This document shows positions 1 to 9,268 of a DNA stretch of 64,000 bases, in pieces. The DNA lies in contig CAVQSP010000020.1 of assembly GCA_963715985.1 (NCBI GenBank), positions 96,001 through 160,000 of the forward strand, given 5' to 3'. The stretch comes from an uncultured Thermoleophilia bacterium. Lineage in GTDB: Bacteria > Actinomycetota > Thermoleophilia > UBA2241. Under the pieces are notes generated by a model that was given only the letters and a program-made list of their open reading frames with translations, ran no database searches and had not been told where the DNA came from. Numbering within the stretch: position 1 is the stretch's first letter; each line of letters begins with the position of its first letter. The position numbers were made by a program, and so were the translations under genes.

Positions 1-77
1 AGATCGGTGACGTCGCGCTGGTAGAGCATGAACAGCGCGTCACGGCGTGCCTGTTTGCGGCTGGGGCGAGCGGTCAC
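1..77 (-). CDS. nusB: Transcription antitermination factor NusB, 5' part only (runs off window)
   Basis: Manual translation from GTG at 77: VTARPSRKQARRDALFMLYQRDVTD, the Arg-rich NusB N-terminus; lies downstream of efp. Confidence 0.75.
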   Translation of the reverse strand, partial: MTARPSRKQARRDALFMLYQRDVTD

Positions 78-93
78 CGGCGTGGACCCGGGC

Positions 94-1944
94 TCAGATG
101 GGCTCGAGGGCGAAGAGCGGCTGGCCGTACTGCACGGTCTCGCCGTCTTCCACGAGGATCTCGCGCACCACCCCGGCCACGTCCGCCGTGAGCTCGTTCA
201 TCATCTTCATCATCTCGAGGATGCAGAGCGTCTGGCCGGCCTCCACCGCGTCGCCGACCTCCACGAAGGACGGAGACTGCGGAGAGGGCGAGCGATAGAA
301 GGTGGCCACCCACTTCGAGCGGACCATGTGGTAGCCGTTGAGAGCATCGCCTTCGGCCGCTGCGGCCTGCCCGGCCCGGGCCGCGGCGGCCGGCGCCGCC
401 GGCGCCACCGCGGCCGGCGCAAGGGCGCCGGCCTTGCGCACGGTCATCTTGAGGTCGCCCTGTTCGATGACCACCTCGTCGATGCCGCTCTCCTCGACCA
501 TGGTGAGGATGTCCTTCACGCGGTCGGCGGCGTTGTCTCCGAGCACCGACCCGGCCTGAGCGGCGAGGTACGCCGGCACCTGGGTGCCGAACACGTCGCT
601 CTCGGGGCCGATGTGGTGGCGCTCAAGATAGGGGCGCGCCGTCTGCGGGAAGAGCGCGTAGCTGAGCAGGTCCTCCTCGGAGCGCGCCAGGTCGCCGATC
701 TCCTCGCGGTAGTCCTCGAGGGTCTCCGTCACGAGGTCGGCCGGGCGCACGTGGATGGGTTCCTCGTCGCCGAGCACGCGCATGATGACCTCGCGCGACA
801 CGGGGCCGGGAGCGGCACCATACTTGCCGCGCAGATAGGCCTTCATCTCGTCCGGCACGATGTGCCAGCGGCGACCGGAGAGCACGTTGAGCACGGCCTG
901 CGTGCCGACGATCTGCGACATCGGTGTGACGAGCGGCGGGAACCCGATCTCCGCGCGCACCACCGGGATCTCCTCGAGGACCTCGGGGAGCCGGTCCATG
1001 GCGTTCTGCTCCGAGAGCTGGCTCTCGAGGTTGCTGATCATCCCGCCCGGCACCTGGTGCGAGTACACCTGCATGTGCGTGAGCGACGTGACGCCGCGGT
1101 CGTGCCCGGTCTCGATGCGCACCTTCTCGAAGTACTTGGCGATGCTGAACAGCCGGTCCAGGTCGAGCTCGGTGTCGTACGGCGTGCCGATGAGCGCAGT
1201 GACCACCATCTCGGTGGCGGGCTGCGAGTTGCCGAAGGCCAACGGCACCGTGGCCGTGTCGATGACGTCCACGCCGGCCTCCACGGCCTTGAGGTACGTC
1301 ATCGGGGCGAGGCCGCCGATGTAGTGGCAGTGGAGCTGGATGGGCACGGAGATCTCGGCCTTGAGGCGGCCGATGAGCTGCTCCGCGTAGTAGGGCGAGA
1401 GCAGCGCCGCCATGTCCTTGATGCAGATGGAGTCGGCGCCCATGGCCACGAGGCTGTGCGCCACCTCGAGGTAGTGGTCCAGCGAGTGGACCGGCGAGAT
1501 CGTGTACACCACGGCAGCCTGGAAGTGCTTGCCCGTCTCCTTGATGGCGGCGGCGGCGGTCTCGAAGTTGCGGATGTCGTTGAGCGCGTCGAAGACGCGG
1601 AAGATGTCCACGCCGTTCTCCGCCGCCTTGTAGACGAAGCGGCGCACGATGTCGTCACCGTAGTGGCGGTAGCCGACGAGGTTCTGGCCGCGCAGCAGCA
1701 TCTGCAGCGGCGTGCGCACCACGTGCTTCTTGATCAGGCGCAGCCGCTCCCAGGGGTCCTCGTCCAGGAAGCGCAGCGAGGCGTCGAAGGTGGCGCCGCC
1801 CCAGCACTCCAGCGAGTTGTAGCCCACCTCGTCCATGGTCTCGAGGATGGGCAGCATGTCGGGGGTACGCATGCGCGTGGCCCACAACGACTGGTGGCCG
1901 TCGCGCAGGGTGGTGTCGGTGATCCGGACCCGGCGAGCTCGCAT
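94..1944 (-). CDS. Pyruvate/oxaloacetate carboxyltransferase (PycB/OadA-like) fused to AccB-type biotin carrier
   Basis: TTLRDGHQSL, ECWGGATFD, IKDMA, HQVPGGM motifs; C-terminal biotinyl domain with EMMKM. Confidence 0.88.
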   Translation of the reverse strand: MRARRVRITDTTLRDGHQSLWATRMRTPDMLPILETMDEVGYNSLECWGGATFDASLRFLDEDPWERLRLIKKHVVRTPLQMLLRGQNLVGYRHYGDDIVRRFVYKAAENGVDIFRVFDALNDIRNFETAAAAIKETGKHFQAAVVYTISPVHSLDHYLEVAHSLVAMGADSICIKDMAALLSPYYAEQLIGRLKAEISVPIQLHCHYIGGLAPMTYLKAVEAGVDVIDTATVPLAFGNSQPATEMVVTALIGTPYDTELDLDRLFSIAKYFEKVRIETGHDRGVTSLTHMQVYSHQVPGGMISNLESQLSEQNAMDRLPEVLEEIPVVRAEIGFPPLVTPMSQIVGTQAVLNVLSGRRWHIVPDEMKAYLRGKYGAAPGPVSREVIMRVLGDEEPIHVRPADLVTETLEDYREEIGDLARSEEDLLSYALFPQTARPYLERHHIGPESDVFGTQVPAYLAAQAGSVLGDNAADRVKDILTMVEESGIDEVVIEQGDLKMTVRKAGALAPAAVAPAAPAAAARAGQAAAAEGDALNGYHMVRSKWVATFYRSPSPQSPSFVEVGDAVEAGQTLCILEMMKMMNELTADVAGVVREILVEDGETVQYGQPLFALEPI

Positions 1945-1968
1945 GATCGTTCTCCTGACCCGCTGCGC

Positions 1969-2535
1969 TCAGGCGCGGCCCAGGTACTCCCGGGTGCGCG
2001 TGTCGACCTTGATGCGCTCGCCCTCCTCGATGAAGAGAGGCACCTGGACGACGACGCCGGTCTCGAGGGTGGCGGGCTTGGTGGCGCCCTGGGCGGTGTT
2101 GCCCTGAACGCCTGGGTCCGATTGTGTGATGAGCAGTTCCACGAAGTTGGGCGCCTGCACGTCGAACGGCTCGCCGTTGAGGTAGTAGACCTCGACCTCC
2201 ATGTTCTCCACGGCCCACTCGAGGGCGTCACTGGCCATGTCCGGGGTCACGGAGATCTGCTCGTAGGTCTCGTTGTCCATGAGGACGACCTCGTCCTCGG
2301 TGGAGTAGAGATACGCCAGCTTGCGTGACTGGGTGTGCATGCGCTCGAACTTCTCGCCGGCGCGGAAGGTCTTGTCGAGCACGGCGCCGGTCTGGATATT
2401 GCGCACCTTGGTGCGCACGAACGCGCCGCCCTTGCCTGGCTTCACGTGCTGGAAGTCGACGATCGTGAAGGGCTGCCCGTCGATCTCGATGGCCATGCCG
2501 GTCTTGAACTGGTTGGTGTTGACTACGTCTGCCAT
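1969..2535 (-). CDS. efp: Elongation factor P
   Basis: HVKPGKGGAFVR and KPATLETG motifs. Confidence 0.97.
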   Translation of the reverse strand: MADVVNTNQFKTGMAIEIDGQPFTIVDFQHVKPGKGGAFVRTKVRNIQTGAVLDKTFRAGEKFERMHTQSRKLAYLYSTEDEVVLMDNETYEQISVTPDMASDALEWAVENMEVEVYYLNGEPFDVQAPNFVELLITQSDPGVQGNTAQGATKPATLETGVVVQVPLFIEEGERIKVDTRTREYLGRA

Positions 2536-2630
2536 ATGGTCCTACTCAGGGGTCGCCTGTACGGGTCAGAAGGGTAGTAGGCCATGATACCCCAAGCCGC
2601 GAGGGTGGTGTAGCGGCGCCGGCGGCGTCA

Positions 2631-2733
2631 GGGGGCGGCTCCGCCGCACCGGTCCATGAGCGGTGCGCCTACGGCGCCCCACTCGATGACCCGCTGCGGC
2701 GGTCATTGAGGGGTCCGCTTCGCCGCACCCCTC
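2631..2733. repeat. Cluster of GC-rich hairpins / REP-like imperfect repeats
   Basis: GGCTCCGCCGCACC, GGTGCGCCTACGGCGCCCC, CGCTTCGCCGCACC units plus CTCGATGACC...GGTCATTGAG stem. Confidence 0.35.
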
Positions 2734-2752
2734 GTTGACATCACTACGTCGG

Positions 2753-3835
2753 TCAATCGACGACCTGGAGCTCCTTGGGCAGCAGGGTGAGCCGCTCGCA
2801 GCCGTCGCCCGTCACGAGCACGGTATCCTCGATGCGCACACCGGCCACTCCCTCGAGGTAGATGCCAGGCTCCACGGTGCACACCATGCCGGCCTCGAGC
2901 ACGTCGCCGCGGACCCGCCCCAGGGTCGGGGCCTCGTGCACCTCGAGCCCGACGCCGTGGCCGGTGCCGTGACCGAAGCGCTCGCCGTACCCGGCCTCGG
3001 TGATGACCCTGCGTGCCGCCGCGTCCACGTCGGCGCGACCGCTCGCGCCGGCGCGGACTGCCTCTACGCCGGCGAGCTGTGCCTCGAGCACCGTGTCGTA
3101 CACGCGGCGCAGGTCGTCCGGCGGGTCCGCGCCGGCGGCGTACGTGCGGGTGATGTCGCTGCAGTACCCGTCCACGCGTGCCCCGGTGTCGATGATCACG
3201 AGCTCGCCCGGCGCGATGACGCGGTCACCGGGGATGGCATGCGCGTGTGCGGCGTGGCTCCCGGCGGCGACGATGGTCGTGAAGGCCTCGCCCTCCGCTC
3301 CCAGGCGGTGGAACTCGACCTGGACCTGCCACGCCACGTCGCGCTCGCGGCGCCCGCAGAGCCCGTCGGCGACGGTCGCCGCAAGCGCCTCATCGGTGAC
3401 GGCGGCAGCCCGCCGCATGACCGCGATCTCCGCCTGGTCCTTGACAACGCGCAGGCGCGTCAGCCGCACGCCGACGTTGCGCAATCGCCCGGCGTGAGCG
3501 CGGCGCAGCCGCCGGTAGGCGGCGTAGCTCAGGTCGCCGCCCTGGAAGCCGAGGCTGACAGACGCACCCATGCGGGCGACACCGGCAGCGAGGGCGTCGA
3601 TGATCAAGTCCCCACTGGTCGCCTGGACCAGCTCGAAGTCCACGACCTCCTCGCGCACCTGTTGCAGGTAGCGCGCGTCGGTGACGATCAGGGCCAGATC
3701 CTCGCCCACAAGCAGAGCGGTATCGTCGCCGCGGAAGCCCGACAGATAGCGCACGTCGCTGGGACGAGTGACAAGCAACGCGTCGAGACCGAGTCCGTCG
3801 AGCAGGCGCCGGCAGCGGAGGAGGCGCTCGCTCAT
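2753..3835 (-). CDS. Xaa-Pro aminopeptidase (M24 family)
   Basis: DTGARVDGYCSDITRT, HGTGHGVGLEVHE, EPGIY, GVRIED; ATG 3835 overlaps aroQ stop. Confidence 0.92.
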   Translation of the reverse strand: MSERLLRCRRLLDGLGLDALLVTRPSDVRYLSGFRGDDTALLVGEDLALIVTDARYLQQVREEVVDFELVQATSGDLIIDALAAGVARMGASVSLGFQGGDLSYAAYRRLRRAHAGRLRNVGVRLTRLRVVKDQAEIAVMRRAAAVTDEALAATVADGLCGRRERDVAWQVQVEFHRLGAEGEAFTTIVAAGSHAAHAHAIPGDRVIAPGELVIIDTGARVDGYCSDITRTYAAGADPPDDLRRVYDTVLEAQLAGVEAVRAGASGRADVDAAARRVITEAGYGERFGHGTGHGVGLEVHEAPTLGRVRGDVLEAGMVCTVEPGIYLEGVAGVRIEDTVLVTGDGCERLTLLPKELQVVD

Positions 3836-4299
3836 CGCTGCTCTCCGGCGCCCGTCAGGCGGGCGAGCGCTTCGATGGCCTCGGCATACCCCGCTGCGCC
3901 CCTGCCGCTGACACGCACGGCCACCACGTCGGCGATCACCGAGTGACGTCGCCATTCCTCGCGCCGCTCCACGTCGCTGAGGTGGACCTCCGCGACGGGC
4001 GCCTGCACCAGCTCGAGCGCGTCGTGCAGCGCGTAGCTGTAGTGCGTCCAGGCGCCGGGGTTGATGACGACGGCCCCGGCACCCTCGCGGGCGATGTCGT
4101 GCAGCTTCTCGACCAGCTCACCCTCGTGGTTGGTCTGGAAGGCCTCCACCGCGAATCCGTGCTCCGCACCCTGCTCCACCACGTAGGCTTCAAGCTCGGC
4201 CAGCGTGAGTGCGCCGTAGTGTGCCGGATCGCGCGTGCCGAGCATGTCCAGGTTCACCCCGTGCAGCAGCCAGAGGGTGCTCAGCGTGCCAGCAGCCAT
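3832..4299 (-). CDS. aroQ: Type II 3-dehydroquinate dehydratase
   Basis: HGVNLDMLGTRDP, QTNHEGE, INPGAWTHYS, EVHLS. Confidence 0.95.
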   Translation of the reverse strand: MAAGTLSTLWLLHGVNLDMLGTRDPAHYGALTLAELEAYVVEQGAEHGFAVEAFQTNHEGELVEKLHDIAREGAGAVVINPGAWTHYSYALHDALELVQAPVAEVHLSDVERREEWRRHSVIADVVAVRVSGRGAAGYAEAIEALARLTGAGEQR

Positions 4300-5369
4300 T
4301 CGACCACCTCCAGCTCGAGAGCGTGTGGCACCCGCACGCCGGCGCGCGGCGCGCCGACCGCCTCAAGGAGCACATAGCCGACCCCGTCGTCGCCGGCCTT
4401 CTTGTCGCGGCCGGTCAGGCTGACGACCTGCTCCGCGGTGAGCCCATCGAGACGACGCGGAAGGCCAAGGCCGTCGAGCAGATCGTGGCCGGCCTGCTCC
4501 TCCACCGCACTCAGACCACACAGGCGCTGCGAGAGCCAGAGGGCGGCGTGCAGGCCCAGCGCCACGGCCTCTCCATGGGAGAAGCGGCGGAAGGACGTGG
4601 CGGCCTCGATGGCGTGGCCGATGGTGTGGCCGAGGTTCAGCAGGGCGCGGCGGCCGGTCTCCTCGCGCTCGTCCGCGGCGACCACCGCGAGCTTGTACGA
4701 GACGCATGCCGCCACGAGGTGGTCCGCGATGCCCGCAGCCGTGAGGCCTCCACCGGCGAGCGCGTCCGCCCATGACCAGAGGTCGCCGCCGGCGAGCAGG
4801 GCGTACTTGGCGACTTCGGCGGCCCCGCCGTGCAGTTCGGCCTTCGGCAGCGTGACGAGAGTGTCGAGGTCGCACACCACGAGGCGCGGCTGGTAGAAGG
4901 TCCCCACGTAGTTCTTGCCGGAACGGAAGTCCACGGCGACCTTGCCGCCGATGCCCGCATCCACCTGCGCAAGCAGCGTCGTGGGCAGCTGAACGAACCG
5001 TACGCCGCGCTGGTACGTGGCGGCGACAAAGCCCACGAGGTCGCCGACGACGCCTCCGCCCAACGCGACGACGACGTCCGTCCTGCGCACGCCCCGGTCG
5101 TAGAACACGCCGTACATCTCCTCGGCCCGGGCCAGGTCCTTCTGGGCCTCGCCCGCGGGGATCACGACGTGCGACACCGAGTACCCCGCGCCGGTGAGGC
5201 TGCGGCGCACCCCCTCGAGATACAGCGGCGCCACGTTCTCGTCGCAGCACACCACCGCCTGACGTCCGCCTAGCCGGCGCTCGATCTCAGCGCCGGCGCC
5301 CGCCAGCAGACCGCGGCCGACGAGGACGTCGTAGTCGCGAGAGAGGCCGGACGAGGACACGCGCCTCAC
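4281..5369 (-). CDS. aroB: 3-dehydroquinate synthase
   Basis: GGGVVGDL, PTTLLAQVDA, GKNYVG, LNLGHTIGHAIE. Confidence 0.96.
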   Translation of the reverse strand: MRRVSSSGLSRDYDVLVGRGLLAGAGAEIERRLGGRQAVVCCDENVAPLYLEGVRRSLTGAGYSVSHVVIPAGEAQKDLARAEEMYGVFYDRGVRRTDVVVALGGGVVGDLVGFVAATYQRGVRFVQLPTTLLAQVDAGIGGKVAVDFRSGKNYVGTFYQPRLVVCDLDTLVTLPKAELHGGAAEVAKYALLAGGDLWSWADALAGGGLTAAGIADHLVAACVSYKLAVVAADEREETGRRALLNLGHTIGHAIEAATSFRRFSHGEAVALGLHAALWLSQRLCGLSAVEEQAGHDLLDGLGLPRRLDGLTAEQVVSLTGRDKKAGDDGVGYVLLEAVGAPRAGVRVPHALELEVVEWLLAR

Positions 5370-5944
5370 GGACGGCCTCCCACCGGGGCGCCGCGGACCG
5401 GCACGAGCAGGGCGGCGATCTCGTCCACCACATCCGCGAGGTCGCGGGCGGCGCCGTTGGCCACGCGTGACCCGGCGACCTGCTCGTACAGGGCGGCGCG
5501 CTCCTCGTACCGGGCACGAAAGGCCTCAAGGTCGGCAGCCAGAGGGCGCTCGTCCTCTCCGCCGGACGTCACGCGCCGCCAGAGGTCGTCGATGGGCGCG
5601 GTGAGCCACACGACCAAGGGAAAGCCTGCCAAGGCCTCACGTACCTCGCTGCTGAGCACTGCACCGCCGCCAAGCGCCACGACGCGGGGATGGACACATG
5701 CGTCCGCGAGTACGCGCCGCACCACCTCGCGCTCGAGGGCACGAAAGCCGGCCTCGCCGGAGCGCGCGAAGATCTGCGGAATGGGTCCCGCTTCACGCGC
5801 GATGACTTCGTCGCAGTCCACGAAGGCGAGGCCGAGACGCGCGGCCAACGCGCGGCCCACACTGCTCTTGCCCGCGCCCATGAAGCCGACGAGCGCGACC
5901 GGTCCCGGGCCTCCGGCGAGAGACGCGTCCGCGGTCGAGCTCAC
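5366..5944 (-). CDS. aroK: Shikimate kinase
   Basis: GFMGAGKS Walker A, GEAGFRALE, LGGG, RPL; GTG 5944 overlaps aroC stop. Confidence 0.93.
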   Translation of the reverse strand: MSSTADASLAGGPGPVALVGFMGAGKSSVGRALAARLGLAFVDCDEVIAREAGPIPQIFARSGEAGFRALEREVVRRVLADACVHPRVVALGGGAVLSSEVREALAGFPLVVWLTAPIDDLWRRVTSGGEDERPLAADLEAFRARYEERAALYEQVAGSRVANGAARDLADVVDEIAALLVPVRGAPVGGRP

Positions 5945-7098
5945 CGCCGTCGCGCCCGCGCGCGGAACGCGTCCACCGCCTCGACGAACTCGGTCACCGT
6001 GGCACCGCCAAAGCGCTCGAGCGCCGCGTCCGCAAGGGCGAGCGCCACGACCGCCTCGAGCACGACTCCCGCCGCCGGCACGGCGCACACGTCCGACCGC
6101 TCGAAGCGCGACTCGACGGGGCGATGGTCGTCCATATCCACGCTGGGCAGTGGCGTCCGCAACGTCGCGATGGGCTTCATGGCGGCGCGCAGGACGACGG
6201 CCTCGCCCGTCGAGATGCCGCCCTCCACCCCGCCGGCGTTATTGGAGGCGCGCACGTACCCGCGGTCCTCGTCGTAGCCGAGGGCGTCGTGGACCTGGCT
6301 GCCGGAGCGGGAGGCGGCGGCGAACCCAAGGCCGAACTCGAGTCCTTTGATGGCCGGCACTGAGAAGACGGCGGCGGCCAGCGCCGCCTGCAGGCGACGG
6401 TCGCCCTGCACGTACGTGCCGACTCCCGGCGGGTATCCAGTCGCCACGACCTCGACGACGCCGCCCAGCGTGTCGCCGGCGGCTTCGGCGGCGTCCACGG
6501 CGGCGCGCATGCGCGCGCTGGCCTCGGCGTCGGCGCAGCGCATGGGATCCTCGTCCACGCGCGCCAGGGCCTCGGCCGAGGGCCTCACGGCGGCAGTCAC
6601 GCCACCGACGCTCACGACATGGCTGGCCACCTGGCACCCGGCGCTCTCCAGCAGAAGCTTGGCCACCGCCCCGCACGCGACCTTGGCGGCGGTCTCGCGC
6701 GCGCTGGCGCGCTCGATCACGTCGCGCAGATCGTCCAGACCGTAGAGCAGCGCCCCTCCGAGGTCGGCGTGGCCCGGCCTCGGAACCCGGACCGGCTCCG
6801 CCGCCGCTTCCGGCGGGTCGACCGCAAGGGTGTCTCCCCAGTTGGCCGCGTCCCTGTTGTCGACGGCCAGCGCGATGGGCGCTCCCGTGGTCCGCCCGTA
6901 GCGGACCCCGCCCAGAAGCCGCGCATGGTCGCGCTCGATGGCCTGGCGCCCGCCGCGTCCGTACCCGAGCTGGCGGCGAGCGAGCTCGGCGTCGATGCGC
7001 GCGCGAGATACGGCCAGCCCGGCCGGGCAGCCCTCGAGCACGGCCGTCAGCAGGGGACCGTGCGATTCACCAGCTGTGAGGTAGCGCAAGCGAGTCAC
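5941..7098 (-). CDS. aroC: Chorismate synthase
   Basis: TAGESHG, PRPGHAD, ERASARET, NNAGGVEGG, ERSD. Confidence 0.97.
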   Translation of the reverse strand: MTRLRYLTAGESHGPLLTAVLEGCPAGLAVSRARIDAELARRQLGYGRGGRQAIERDHARLLGGVRYGRTTGAPIALAVDNRDAANWGDTLAVDPPEAAAEPVRVPRPGHADLGGALLYGLDDLRDVIERASARETAAKVACGAVAKLLLESAGCQVASHVVSVGGVTAAVRPSAEALARVDEDPMRCADAEASARMRAAVDAAEAAGDTLGGVVEVVATGYPPGVGTYVQGDRRLQAALAAAVFSVPAIKGLEFGLGFAAASRSGSQVHDALGYDEDRGYVRASNNAGGVEGGISTGEAVVLRAAMKPIATLRTPLPSVDMDDHRPVESRFERSDVCAVPAAGVVLEAVVALALADAALERFGGATVTEFVEAVDAFRARARRR

Positions 7099-7159
7099 CT
7101 CTCTACCTTACCGGCAGGCTCACCGCGGGAAAAGCGGCTTCGGGGGGCGCGACCAACGA

Positions 7160-7186
7160 GTCGGGGCGGCCTGCGGCCGCCCCGAC
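7160..7186 (-). terminator. 12-bp perfect hairpin at the end of the pilMNO operon
   Basis: GTCGGGGCGGCC-TGC-GGCCGCCCCGAC; weak U tail. Confidence 0.5.
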
Positions 7187-7212
7187 GAAGGACACTCGCT
7201 GACGCGTGGCGC

Positions 7213-8013
7213 CTACTTGACGACCACCTGACCGGCGTGGAGGACGAGCGTCTGGTCGCCGTGCATCACGGTGACGGTCTGCGCAGACGCGTTGATCGCG
7301 ATGATGCTGATCTCGCCCCAAGAGGTGCTGATCGTGTCGCCGACCTCAAGCATCGAGTACGTCTTGCCGTCGACCTCCAGGGTCGCCATCGCCACGCCGT
7401 TGCTGGTCGTGATGCTGAGCACCGAGATGGAGTGCCCGCTCACGCTCGTTCCGGAGCCGCTCTTCCCGATGCTGAGGACCGAGAGGTCGTAGCTCTTTCC
7501 GTTCTCGAGCGTCGCACGGACGGATTCGCCGAGGTTGACAGTGATCGACGTGTCGCCGTTCTTGAGCGTCCCGTCGATGACCGTGAACGTGACGTCGCCC
7601 GAGGTGATACCTGCGATCTTGAAGGCCGGCGATCCGCTCGGCACCGTGTCTCCGTTCTTCACCGTGTACTTGGTGCCGTTCACGGACACGCTGGCGGAGT
7701 ACGACGCCGAGGTGGGGGTCGGGCTCGGTGTCGGAGTCGGCGTGCCGCCCGGCGTCACCAGCGGGATGAACGGATCCTTCGCCACGAACTGGTCGAGAAG
7801 CGCCTCCGTCTTCGCTGGATCGGCGACGGCCAGCCCTCCGGCACCTTCATCGCTGCCCAGGAGAGCCGGCTGCGCCACAGCGCCGGCCTGGCCCTGCGCG
7901 GTCGTGGTCGGAGCGGCCTCGTCGCTCCTCGAGAGCGCTACCGCGAGCGCGAGCGCGGCGCCGACGATGAGCGCGATGGCGATGTACGTGAGCGTGCGGC
8001 GGTCCCTGATCAC
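7213..8013 (-). CDS. Membrane-anchored pilus-associated protein (PilP position), beta-rich repeats
   Basis: N-terminal TM helix, KDPF motif, PT linker, two similar Ser/Thr-rich beta modules; start overlaps pilO stop. Confidence 0.55.
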   Translation of the reverse strand: MIRDRRTLTYIAIALIVGAALALAVALSRSDEAAPTTTAQGQAGAVAQPALLGSDEGAGGLAVADPAKTEALLDQFVAKDPFIPLVTPGGTPTPTPSPTPTSASYSASVSVNGTKYTVKNGDTVPSGSPAFKIAGITSGDVTFTVIDGTLKNGDTSITVNLGESVRATLENGKSYDLSVLSIGKSGSGTSVSGHSISVLSITTSNGVAMATLEVDGKTYSMLEVGDTISTSWGEISIIAINASAQTVTVMHGDQTLVLHAGQVVVK

Positions 8014-8624
8014 TGCGCACCTCCCGCTGCCGGAGCGGCAGCTGCTCCGGCCCACAGATACGCGTTCAGCGCCACGGTCACGGTGAGCGGCGGCGCGGAG
8101 CCGTCCGTCGTCGCGGCGCCCCCGGCCATGGTCAGGCTCTGGATCTCGAGCAGACGTCCGGTGACGCGGAAGCTGGCGTTGCGGAAGGCGACGTAGTTCT
8201 CCAGGCGGTAGACGAAGTCCTCGATGTCGAAGAACCGGCCCGTGACCTGCAGCGTGACCGTCTGGATGCCGAACGGCGATCCGGGCGTCGTAGCACCCCG
8301 CGTGATCGAGTTGAGATCGACACCGGATGCGTCAGACGTGCGCGTGAGCTCGATGATGAGCGACGGGATGCCCTCCGCCTGCGGCAGCATCTTGCCGAGA
8401 CGCACGATCTCGGCGCGCGACTGTGGTGCCGTCTTCTTGTAGGACTCGAGACGGACGACTTCCTGCTGGGCGGTCTCGAGGGCCGTCTGCTGGGCGGTGA
8501 TCTGATCGCCGATGTCACTCATCTGCTGACGCATGGGGCTGAAGAGCAGGAAGTACCAGGCGACGATGAGGACCACCGCGACGACCGCGGCGATGATGTA
8601 GATCTCGCGGCCGCGGGCCCTCAT
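8010..8624 (-). CDS. pilO: Type IV pilus assembly protein PilO
   Basis: TM + coiled coil, LP...IPSL, VTGRFFDIEDF, RLL motifs; follows pilN. Confidence 0.85.
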   Translation of the reverse strand: MRARGREIYIIAAVVAVVLIVAWYFLLFSPMRQQMSDIGDQITAQQTALETAQQEVVRLESYKKTAPQSRAEIVRLGKMLPQAEGIPSLIIELTRTSDASGVDLNSITRGATTPGSPFGIQTVTLQVTGRFFDIEDFVYRLENYVAFRNASFRVTGRLLEIQSLTMAGGAATTDGSAPPLTVTVALNAYLWAGAAAAPAAGGAQ

Positions 8625-9262
8625 TGTGCCGCCCCCAGCTGCGTGGCGGGCGGCGCCGTCATGAACGGACGCAGCGACGCCGTCACGGTGAACGCGACCG
8701 TGGACTGCGTGGTCGTGGTGCCCGCCGCCCCCGACGACGTCGAAAGCTGGACATTCGTGAGCTGCGGGATGAGGCCGAGTCTCGTCATGAACTCGGCCAC
8801 GTCCTTGTGCGTATAGGTGGTGCCGGAGAAGGTGACGTCAGGAGTCGCGGCGGCCACGGTACCGGCCGGCACCGCGGTGCCGGGCAGCATCGTCGCCGGC
8901 ACGACTGCGGACAGCGTCTGCAGGCGCACGTTCTCCGGGATGACCAGGCTGATCTCCTGAAGGATGGTCGACCACGACACGCGCGAGTCGTAGATGCCCT
9001 GGGCGGCGGCGGCCATCGCCGTGCGCGTCGCCTGGATCTCCGCGTATGGCTGCAGCGCGAGCGCCTTCTGCTGTTCCGCCGCCGTTTGCGCGGTGAGGTC
9101 GTCGAGCTGCGCCTGTTTGGCGTTGACCTGGTTGTTCTGCCAGACGTACACGAGCCCCAACACCACGACCACGGCCACAAGGATGAGGATGGCCCACAGC
9201 AACCCTCGCTCGCGAGAGGCCCTGACGCGCTGTTCGGGCGGCAGCAGATTGATGCGCTTCAT
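8621..9262 (-). CDS. pilN: Type IV pilus assembly protein PilN
   Basis: N-terminal INLLP motif, TM helix, coiled coil, W..IL.EI..IPENV. Confidence 0.9.
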   Translation of the reverse strand: MKRINLLPPEQRVRASRERGLLWAILILVAVVVVLGLVYVWQNNQVNAKQAQLDDLTAQTAAEQQKALALQPYAEIQATRTAMAAAAQGIYDSRVSWSTILQEISLVIPENVRLQTLSAVVPATMLPGTAVPAGTVAAATPDVTFSGTTYTHKDVAEFMTRLGLIPQLTNVQLSTSSGAAGTTTTQSTVAFTVTASLRPFMTAPPATQLGAAQ

Positions 9263-9268
9263 GGCGTG

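Noticed and set aside
28-2328. Long plus-strand ORFs (also 19622-21661, 42950-45166, 57985-60525 and others)
   Set aside because: Antisense shadows of GC3-rich minus-strand genes, with no recognisable motifs
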